Part shown: piece by piece, positions 7,665 through 14,879 of the stretch
Layout: each line of letters starts with the position of its first letter
Position numbering within the stretch: position 1 is the stretch's first letter
From: Candidatus Woesearchaeota archaeon
Lineage (GTDB): Archaea > Nanobdellota > Nanobdellia > Woesearchaeales > SKGA01
Assembly (NCBI GenBank): GCA_016926395.1
Contig: JAFGOT010000015.1
Span: 1-21,352, forward strand
DNA length: 21,352 bases
Reading direction: 5' to 3'
The notes under the pieces: generated by a model
Databases searched by the model: none
What the model was told of the DNA's origin: nothing
Seen by the model: the letters and a program-made list of their open reading frames with translations, nothing else
Translations under genes and position numbers: made by a program

Positions 7665-7672
7665 TTTTAAAA
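7665..7672 (-). promoter_or_regulatory. TATA box for msrAB
   Basis: TTTTAAAA ending 24 nt before GTG 7641. Confidence 0.5.
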
Positions 7673-7699
7673 CTTGTTAAAGAGAAATAGTGTGTTAAG

Positions 7700-8572
7700 C
7701 TACACAATCTCAGGTTTTACAAGATGACGTCTTATTTTTGGAATAATTTTATTCCTCTCTTCTTCAAAATTAGAATATTCCTCTTTAGATAATAATCCTG
7801 ACTTTTTAACTAAATCAAAATAATCTTCTTCAGCCTGAAGAGCCTTCTCTAAGAAAAACAACATCTTAGAATATTTCCAATCACAATCATTTTCTTCAAG
7901 AAGTTTAAGTAAGACCTTTAACCTTTGAAAAGAGTAGATCATACTATTAGTCATTAAACTAACATCAACAGAGTTTATTTGCCTAACAAAATCATTATGT
8001 CGTTTATTAGTAAAAAGAGAATTAATTTCATAAATAGTTTCTTTAAATGTAGCAATAGTTACGTAGAGATGTTGAACATCCCTGTTTTTCAAAAGACCAT
8101 CATCTATTTTATGTATTAAAGAATGAATATTTTTTCTAAAAACCAGAAGTGAAGAACGCATTCTATTAACTCGTTCTACAAATGTAATCTCATATAGTTC
8201 TTCTAAAATAACATCTTGTTTTAATGAAATAAATTTAGAGGTAACCACAGCTACAACAAGCAAACTAACAATAACTTCCAAAGAAGCCACTAACTTGAAA
8301 ATTCCTTCAGGAACAATATCCCCAAAACCAGTGGTTGTTGCTGCAACAACACTAAAATACAAACTATTCAAAAACGAAGTTATACGTACACCGCTAACCA
8401 TAGAAACTAAATAAGCTGACTCTCCCGCTAGAAAAAAGTATAACAAACCACAAAGAAGAACAAAACCAATCCAAAACAAAAATATTCCACCAAATCCTAT
8501 TTTATCTACTAAAGAAAAATTTAATCTGTGAAAATGATTTATCTTAGATTCTAATCTATTTGGCTTCTTCAT
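7700..8572 (-). CDS. 2-TM potassium channel pore protein (Ion_trans_2) with uncharacterised C-terminal domain
   Basis: SLYFSVVAATTTGFGDIVP pore helix and filter between two TM helices; helical cytoplasmic tail without an obvious RCK GxGxxG motif; TATA at 8595-8602, 23 nt upstream. Confidence 0.85.
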   Translation of the reverse strand: MKKPNRLESKINHFHRLNFSLVDKIGFGGIFLFWIGFVLLCGLLYFFLAGESAYLVSMVSGVRITSFLNSLYFSVVAATTTGFGDIVPEGIFKLVASLEVIVSLLVVAVVTSKFISLKQDVILEELYEITFVERVNRMRSSLLVFRKNIHSLIHKIDDGLLKNRDVQHLYVTIATFKETIYEINSLFTNKRHNDFVRQINSVDVSLMTNSMIYSFQRLKVLLKLLEENDCDWKYSKMLFFLEKALQAEEDYFDLVKKSGLLSKEEYSNFEEERNKIIPKIRRHLVKPEIV

Positions 8573-8607
8573 AATAATAACTTCTCATCAATAGTTTAAA
8601 AATCTTC

Positions 8608-8997
8608 TTAATTAAAATCAGCAATATTGCGTAGTCTAAAATAACTAATCCAAAAAATAGTTGTAACAAACATTAATGAAAGTATTCCAAGAAAATCCGC
8701 TAATTTAATTATGTCAACCAAAATATAGATAGATAAAACAATTGCAAATACTAAAGAATAATTCTTAAGCGATTTAATACTCCAACCATATTTTTTCGCA
8801 TAGAAAGGAACAGATAAAACCATCAAAATAAATCCTATCATAAATGGAGCAACAAGAATTAAAATCATAATCAAATTAGCTAATGCAGTAAAAACCAAAT
8901 TACGGTTTGTAAACCAAGGAACAACTACAAATATTAACATTAAAACTTCAAACAAGCCAACACCAAGCCATATCAATCCTTTATGAAATTTGTTCAT
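8608..8997 (-). CDS. Hypothetical 4-TM membrane protein
   Basis: Four hydrophobic segments. Start moved from TTG 9006 to ATG 8997, which lies 25 nt from the TATA box at 9022-9029. Confidence 0.7.
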   Translation of the reverse strand: MNKFHKGLIWLGVGLFEVLMLIFVVVPWFTNRNLVFTALANLIMILILVAPFMIGFILMVLSVPFYAKKYGWSIKSLKNYSLVFAIVLSIYILVDIIKLADFLGILSLMFVTTIFWISYFRLRNIADFN

Positions 8998-9076
8998 AAC
9001 CAACAATAATCAAGAAGAGAGTTTAAAAACATTTCTAGAAACAAAATAAAATCTAAAAATAACCACCAAATACAAA

Positions 9077-9084
9077 TATATAAA
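9077..9084 (+). promoter_or_regulatory. TATA box for the GNAT gene
   Basis: TATATAAA ending 25 nt before ATG 9109. Confidence 0.55.
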
Positions 9085-9108
9085 TATTCTTTAAATCCAA
9101 ATAAAATT

Positions 9109-9546
9109 ATGACAATCACAATTAAAGAAGGCAATTTAGATGATGCCATCAAAGTCGATGCTTTAATTCCTGAATTTGAAAATCATTACAACAAAGAATC
9201 TTATTCTAAACGTTTAGATAAATCTAAGCATCTAATCTTAGTAGCTTTTATCGAGAATAAACTAGCAGGCTACAAAATAGGATCTGATCGGTTTGAAGAT
9301 GGGTCTTTCTATACGTGGGTAGGCGGAGTTGTTCCTGAGTTTCGCAAAATGAAGGTAGCCAAAGCACTAGCAGAATATCAAGAAAATTGGGCCAGAAATC
9401 AAGGGTTTTCCAGCATAATCTTAAAAACAAGAAATCGATATAAGAATATGCTTCTCTTTGCCATAAAAAATGGTTTTCAAATAATTGATTTTAAATTAGA
9501 TGAAAAACCTCTTGATAACAGAATAATTCTAAGAAAAAAATTGTAA
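9109..9546 (+). CDS. GNAT-family N-acetyltransferase
   Basis: Motif A FYTWVGGVVPEFRKMKVAKAL, motif B LKTRNRYKNMLLFAIKNGF. Confidence 0.9.
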   Translation: MTITIKEGNLDDAIKVDALIPEFENHYNKESYSKRLDKSKHLILVAFIENKLAGYKIGSDRFEDGSFYTWVGGVVPEFRKMKVAKALAEYQENWARNQGFSSIILKTRNRYKNMLLFAIKNGFQIIDFKLDEKPLDNRIILRKKL

Positions 9547-9585
9547 AAACAAATAGATAATCTGTTTATTTTAAGAAATAATAAG

Positions 9586-9660
9586 TGAGCCCGAGGGGAT
9601 TCGAACCCCCGACCTACGGCTTAGAAGGCCGTCGCAATATCCAAGCTATGCCACGGGCCC
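9586..9660 (-). tRNA. tRNA-Arg(UCU), intron-less, CCA not encoded
   Basis: Minus strand GGGCCCG...ACGGC-CT TCT AA-GCCGT...GGGGG TTCGAAT CCCCT CGGGCTC A; TATA TTTAAAAA at 9713-9720. Confidence 0.97.
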
Positions 9661-9738
9661 ACAAAATATTAGAATAATATCGTTGCGAGTATGCTTAAGA
9701 ATTGAAAACTCCTTTTTAAAGGTTATCGTTTAAATAGA

Positions 9739-9746
9739 TTTATAAA
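9739..9746 (+). promoter_or_regulatory. TATA box for the FlaR-like gene
   Basis: TTTATAAA ending 23 nt before ATG 9769. Confidence 0.55.
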
Positions 9747-9768
9747 ACGGGTTCCCAATAGCTAAATT

Positions 9769-10284
9769 ATGAAAATTCGAATACTTGGCGGTCCTGGAAG
9801 TGGAAAATCCACCCTTGCAAGGAGTTTAGAAGCTAAGTATGGTTGGAAACACATTCAAACTGATGATATTCGTTACACATCACCATCCGATTATTCTTTG
9901 ATTCGTTCCCGTGAAGAACGTATTAAAATTCTCAATCAATTTCTTAAAAATAAAAGCTGGGTTGTTGAAGGAACAACTGCTAGTGATTGGTCTTGGGCCA
10001 CTTTTGTTCGAGCTGATTTGGTTATTGTTTTACTCCCATCTCATTTTAAAGAAAAAATTCGTCTTATCAAACGTTCCATTAAAAATTTATGTGGATTTGA
10101 AAAAGATAATCCTCGAAAAGAAAATTTTTTCTCATTTTTACACATGATTCGTTGGTCTAATCAATTTAGAAGAGAAGTTTTAGAAAATAGACTCTCTCGC
10201 CTGAAGAAAGAAAAAATCAAATTTTTAATCTGTAAAAGCAATGAAGAAGCCTTAGAAATTATAGAAAATAAAATGAAGAAATAA
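9769..10284 (+). CDS. Adenylate-kinase-fold P-loop protein, FlaR/topology-modulation-protein-like
   Basis: IRILGGPGSGKSTLAR Walker A, IQTDD, WVVEG, RADLVIVL patterns. Confidence 0.8.
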   Translation: MKIRILGGPGSGKSTLARSLEAKYGWKHIQTDDIRYTSPSDYSLIRSREERIKILNQFLKNKSWVVEGTTASDWSWATFVRADLVIVLLPSHFKEKIRLIKRSIKNLCGFEKDNPRKENFFSFLHMIRWSNQFRREVLENRLSRLKKEKIKFLICKSNEEALEIIENKMKK

Positions 10285-10839
10285 TTAACATTTTTGCTCT
10301 TTCTTCTTTTTGATTGCAAAGTGAGTTTTATCATCAACACCAATATTTTCTTCTAAGAATTCTTTTTGTTTCTGAAGTAATTCTTCATGTTCTCCTGGTT
10401 TGAATTTATAGTCTTTTACTACAATCCATTTTCTACATTTGGGAGACCCACACAAACAAGGAAATGCTTCATCTGGTTCATCAAAGCCATAATCATAAGT
10501 TAATTCTTCTCCTTTTTTTATGTCTCTGATTGTTTCTATCCAAACTTCGTCATCATCATAATTTATCGCTTCACAGTTAGGATCACAACTATGATTTACA
10601 TATCTAGATTCGTTTCCTTGACGAGAACCATCTATGTCATATTTATCATTTAATGTAAATATCCATAATTCTCCTCTATCTCTATGATTACTGCTGATTT
10701 TTTCAGATAATTCTTTAGATATTAATTTACCTCTGTATTGAACGATCTGAGTACCTTTAGGTATGTCTCTTATTGCAAATGCTCCTTTAACTCCAGGTAG
10801 CATCTCGGATTCTCTAACTATAAAGTATGGATTAAACAT
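10285..10839 (-). CDS. SET-domain protein-lysine methyltransferase with post-SET cysteine motif
   Basis: GxGxFA-RDIPKG, RYVNHSCDPNC, IKKGEELTYDY, post-SET CLCGSPKCR. Start moved from TTG 10854 to ATG 10839, 26 nt from the TATA box at 10865-10872. Confidence 0.95.
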   Translation of the reverse strand: MFNPYFIVRESEMLPGVKGAFAIRDIPKGTQIVQYRGKLISKELSEKISSNHRDRGELWIFTLNDKYDIDGSRQGNESRYVNHSCDPNCEAINYDDDEVWIETIRDIKKGEELTYDYGFDEPDEAFPCLCGSPKCRKWIVVKDYKFKPGEHEELLQKQKEFLEENIGVDDKTHFAIKKKKEQKC

Positions 10840-10882
10840 ATAGCTCCTTGACAATTAGAATCAGGTTTTAAAGCTTACTCTT

Positions 10883-12097
10883 TTATGCAGATAATTGAGT
10901 TTTGTATTTGGCAAATGCAAAGGTTGTTACACCACTCATTACAAGCATAGTTATGAAAGCAAACTCCACAGTCATAGTTGTAAGTAAAAATAAGAGTATT
11001 CCAAGCATCAATAATCGGCCAAAAGTCATGTATAATTCCCTACTCACAATTACATCTAAAGGATTATAATCTTTTGTCATCTTGTAAAATTTAGATTGGA
11101 TGGGAATATTAAACAAAGGACCTGATATCCCCCCTATTGATTGGAAAAAAGCAATAAATGTTAGTGGGCTTGCACTTAGGATTATTGCAAATATTTTTGA
11201 GAAACTCCTTAATATCATTGAAAATCCAAGAGCAGTTGATCCTGTTGCGACCAGTTTTTCTGTATGTCCAACATCGGCCTTTTTTCCACTAATATAAGAT
11301 AAAAGTGCATAAAATATTTTTGATACAAAATACAATGCACCCATAGTAGATACTGCTATTTGAAATAAAAACAATAATACAGGCCAAAGAAAAGCAGTTC
11401 CTATAAATGATGTTCCTTCAAAAAAGAAAACAAAATTCATATCTTTAGAAGAACCTCTAATTATATTCCCAACATTAACTTTTTCAGTTATTGTTGTGTC
11501 AGGGGAGAAAAACAGCGGAACTATTGCCACTATAAACAATGAAGCAGCAACTAAGAAAGTCAATTTAAATCCAGCATAGGTTATTAGAAACCCGCCAACT
11601 AAAGGACTTGCAATACTTATTATTGTAGGAATAGCTTGTAGCAATCCAAGTTTCCTTCCTCTGTGTTTGCTTTTTTCCGTGCTTTTTACAAATAAGACGT
11701 GAAAAGACATCCAAAACAAACTTCCAAAAATAGCGTTAAGTAAACTAAGAATTATCAAGTAAGGAACAACACCTATTAGTTTGAGTACGGCATCCATTTG
11801 ATGTAAGTAAAAATAAAAAATTATACTAATTATGTAACTAACTATTAAAACTGTTTTTACACCTACATGGCGTATAAAATTAATACTAGGAACATGAAGA
11901 GCCATCAACATTAAGAATAACACCATTTCAAATGCAATTACAGAAACTATCCCAACGCCTTTTTCTAATAGAAATACTGGAATAAATAAAGAAATAAGCG
12001 ATACTGCAAAACTTCTAATCGTGTGAGATAACAAGAAATCATTATATTTATTGTGTATAAAATGATGTATATCAAAATGATGTTGGTATTTGTCCAC
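10883..12097 (-). CDS. MFS transporter
   Basis: About 12 TM helices in two halves; His-rich N-terminus then RSFAVSLISLFIP; RGRKLG...I..IASPLVGG loop motif. Confidence 0.85.
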   Translation of the reverse strand: MDKYQHHFDIHHFIHNKYNDFLLSHTIRSFAVSLISLFIPVFLLEKGVGIVSVIAFEMVLFLMLMALHVPSINFIRHVGVKTVLIVSYIISIIFYFYLHQMDAVLKLIGVVPYLIILSLLNAIFGSLFWMSFHVLFVKSTEKSKHRGRKLGLLQAIPTIISIASPLVGGFLITYAGFKLTFLVAASLFIVAIVPLFFSPDTTITEKVNVGNIIRGSSKDMNFVFFFEGTSFIGTAFLWPVLLFLFQIAVSTMGALYFVSKIFYALLSYISGKKADVGHTEKLVATGSTALGFSMILRSFSKIFAIILSASPLTFIAFFQSIGGISGPLFNIPIQSKFYKMTKDYNPLDVIVSRELYMTFGRLLMLGILLFLLTTMTVEFAFITMLVMSGVTTFAFAKYKTQLSA

Positions 12098-12179
12098 TTA
12101 GTTTCAACTCACACACTAATACACAATAACTAACAGAAATAGTTTATAAAAATAACTAAAAAAGTAAAAAAAATAAGCC

Positions 12180-13649
12180 TTAATGGCTTTTTGCAATATA
12201 AACTACATGGTTTGCTTTTTTCCCACAAATTGGACAGTCACAGAAGAGTTCTTCTTTTGTATTGAATTTTTCTCCTCTGACTTCTCCACCTAGTTCTTTT
12301 TCAACTTTGGTAGCGCAAGCTTCCCCATCTAAGTCTGTTGAACAAAAACATGTTCGAATCATTTTTCCACTATCAAGAGCAGCAATGATTTCTCTTTCTG
12401 TTTTTCCATCGACTGTTTTATCAGCAATAATTTTATCTGCTTTATCTCTCAAGTTATCAGTAAATGAATCTCTTATTGAATCAACAGTTTTTTGTAGGTC
12501 TGATAGTGGAACAAATTCTTTTGTTCCTAAATCTCTACGAAATAATTCTACTTGATTGTTTTCAATATCTTTTGGACCAACAACAATTCGTATTGGCATC
12601 CCTTTCATTTCCCATTCATTAAATTTGTATCCTGGTGAGAAATTATCTCGGTCATCAAGTCGTACAGTATAACCAGCATCAACTAATTGTTTTTTAATTT
12701 CTGTTGCTTTTTCTAAAACAACATCTTCTTTTCCTTTGAATATTAACGGAACAATAACTATGTGTTCTGGCGCAACATCCCAAGGCAATACTAAACCTTT
12801 ATCATCACCATGGAAAGTAATTAGTGCTCCATAGTTTCTTGAATGTGCTGGACCGTAACATGTTATCCAAGCCAATTTTTCTTGTTCATCTGCATCTTTG
12901 TATGTAACATCAAATGCTTTTGAGAATGCCTGGCTAATCATGTGTGATGATGGAAGTTGTAGTACTTTTCCACTATCTAAAAGAACGTCAGCTGCAAAAG
13001 TATTTATTGCACCAGGAAATTTATCCCATTGTGGTCGTTTAAAGAATATGTGAGGAATAGCAAGTTTTCCATATAATAATTTCTCTGTTATTTCTAAGTT
13101 CTCAACTGCATCTTTGTAAGCTTCTTCTTCTGTTGCAAAAACATTATGTGATTCAGTCCAATGTATTTCTCTCGTTCTCATAAAAGGTCTTGTCATTTTT
13201 GTTTCATGACGAAATACACTTACTGATTGATATCTTTTGAAAGGTAAATCTCTATATGTTTGTATCCATTTCCCATACATGTCATAAAGTGCAGTTTCAC
13301 TTGTTGGACGAAGTGCTAATCTTTCTTCGAATTCTTTATCTCCACCATGAGTTACCCAAAATACTTCAGGTGTAAATCCTTCAACATGATCTGCTTCTTT
13401 GTGAAAATTGCTTTCTGGTATTAATAAAGGCATTAAAAGAGGTTCATGCCCTCTTGCTTCTAGTTCTTCTTCCCACATTCGAGTAATTTTTCTTATACTT
13501 CTAACTGCCCAAGGCATATACACAGGGAATCCTTTTAGATTATATCTAACATCTGCTAGTTCTGCTTTTTTCATTAATTGAGTGAACCATTCACTAAAGT
13601 CTTCGTCTTTTTTTACCGTAATACCAATTTCATTAACTTTTTTAGACAT
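12180..13649 (-). CDS. proS: Proline--tRNA ligase, archaeal/eukaryotic type
   Basis: FSEWF..L...AELAD.RY, LALRPTSET, motif 2 FRHE..TRPFMRTRE, HGDDKGLVLP, anticodon domain and Cys-rich C-terminal domain; no bacterial INS domain; SD GAGGT. Confidence 0.98.
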   Translation of the reverse strand: MSKKVNEIGITVKKDEDFSEWFTQLMKKAELADVRYNLKGFPVYMPWAVRSIRKITRMWEEELEARGHEPLLMPLLIPESNFHKEADHVEGFTPEVFWVTHGGDKEFEERLALRPTSETALYDMYGKWIQTYRDLPFKRYQSVSVFRHETKMTRPFMRTREIHWTESHNVFATEEEAYKDAVENLEITEKLLYGKLAIPHIFFKRPQWDKFPGAINTFAADVLLDSGKVLQLPSSHMISQAFSKAFDVTYKDADEQEKLAWITCYGPAHSRNYGALITFHGDDKGLVLPWDVAPEHIVIVPLIFKGKEDVVLEKATEIKKQLVDAGYTVRLDDRDNFSPGYKFNEWEMKGMPIRIVVGPKDIENNQVELFRRDLGTKEFVPLSDLQKTVDSIRDSFTDNLRDKADKIIADKTVDGKTEREIIAALDSGKMIRTCFCSTDLDGEACATKVEKELGGEVRGEKFNTKEELFCDCPICGKKANHVVYIAKSH

Positions 13650-13749
13650 TTTTTTACCTCAAGGGATTTTATAGGAGTATAATACATCGGGAATAATCCG
13701 CTAATGTGCCAAACAAATGTTAAGCAAATAAAAAAGCGCATTTAAGCAC

Positions 13750-13757
13750 TTATAAAA
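13750..13757 (-). promoter_or_regulatory. TATA box for proS, implying a leader of about 75 nt
   Basis: TTTTATAA on the minus strand about 100 nt above the start codon. Confidence 0.5.
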
Positions 13758-13786
13758 TTTCCTAATAAAGGAAAGAGTAATTAGAA

Positions 13787-14083
13787 TTAGTTTTTGGGGG
13801 CTATATTTTCCCTTTCGTGAGGAAGTGACCTTTTTACAGTTAAAGGAACCACACCTGCATCGAATTCCAATTTTGCAATTTCAATTGGATTATATGAAAT
13901 TTTTGCTAAATCTTCTTGAGATAAGTCAATTAAAGGTTTTGCACCTTGAGAAAGTTGCAAAGCTCTTGAGCCTACTACTCTAGCTTTTTCATAAACAGTA
14001 TATTCGTCGTCTTCCATTCGAAGTTTTAATCCAGTTGTGATTTCTGTGACGAGTGCTTTTTTATCTTCTTTTTTTGCAGCCAT
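13787..14083 (-). CDS. rpoK: DNA-directed RNA polymerase subunit Rpo6 (K)
   Basis: YTVYEKARVVGSRALQLSQGAKPLI and PIEIAKLE...G.VPLTVKR of Rpo6/RPB6; SD AAGGTG; TATA at 14138-14145. Confidence 0.93.
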   Translation of the reverse strand: MAAKKEDKKALVTEITTGLKLRMEDDEYTVYEKARVVGSRALQLSQGAKPLIDLSQEDLAKISYNPIEIAKLEFDAGVVPLTVKRSLPHERENIAPKN

Positions 14084-14147
14084 GGGTAATTACACCTTAT
14101 AATTATGAATAATTCAGTGTTTAGAAACATTATTCTCTTTATAAACG

Positions 14148-14771
14148 TTATGGGATTGTTTTAAGCCAACGAAGTTCAGCGCCAATCGTGCTAGACTCTC
14201 CATGGCCGGGATAAAACACAGTCTCAGGAGGTAGTGTTGATAAGAATTTCAAACTAGCAGTCATTTGGGCTCCATTTCCACCTAAATCTATCCGCCCATA
14301 AGTTCCTTTGAAAAGAGTGTCCCCAGAAAACATCACTGGATTTGATAAATTAAGTTTTTGACTCTTATTTAATACAAAACAAACCGAACCATTTGTATGT
14401 CCAGGAGTTTGAAATACAGTAAAATTAAACCCTCCCAAAATTATTTGTTTGGTTAAAGGTTTGATGTTTTCAGGTTCCTTAAAATCAACTCCCCACATCA
14501 TTTTTGCTCTAGATGATTGAAGAGGCAGGTCATCAATATCTTCTTCACTCATATATTGATCGGCATTAAAGTATCTTCCTCCCCTTATGTGGTCAAAATG
14601 ACAATGAGTATAAAGAACACCACGTAATCTTTTTCCAGCGATTAATTTATGTATCTGAGCAAGTATTGTATCATCATCACTGCCGGGATCAATTATCACA
14701 CAATCATCTTCACTAATCAAAACATACGTATTTTCTTGAAGACTAGGTTCAACAACTCTTTTTATGTCCAT
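14148..14771 (-). CDS. Metallo-beta-lactamase-fold hydrolase (glyoxalase II-like)
   Basis: NTYVL, IIDPG, THCHFDH, TPGHTNGS, FSGDTLF, YPGHG. Confidence 0.92.
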   Translation of the reverse strand: MDIKRVVEPSLQENTYVLISEDDCVIIDPGSDDDTILAQIHKLIAGKRLRGVLYTHCHFDHIRGGRYFNADQYMSEEDIDDLPLQSSRAKMMWGVDFKEPENIKPLTKQIILGGFNFTVFQTPGHTNGSVCFVLNKSQKLNLSNPVMFSGDTLFKGTYGRIDLGGNGAQMTASLKFLSTLPPETVFYPGHGESSTIGAELRWLKTIP

Positions 14772-14879
14772 TCATAAAAAAATCAACATCTAGAATATAA
14801 AAAAACTTCGATAAAAGGGAGTTATCTTCTATATTTTCTATTCAGATTATTTAAAACTAAAAAATAAAAAAAGGTAAAT

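Noticed and set aside
3395-8572. KefF/KefC-like link between the flavodoxin-fold gene and the K+ channel
   Set aside because: The genes are about 3.7 kb apart on opposite strands, and the channel is a 2-TM pore type rather than a KefC antiporter.
14106-14129. Short palindromes TGAAT-A-ATTCA and TGTTT-AG-AAACA near the rpoK start site
   Set aside because: 5-bp AT-rich arms, unrelated to each other and expected by chance.
14772-14879. glmS ribozyme
   Set aside because: The intergenic region is only 108 nt, very AT-rich and shared with a divergent promoter; the TATA box is 23 nt from the ATG, implying little or no leader.
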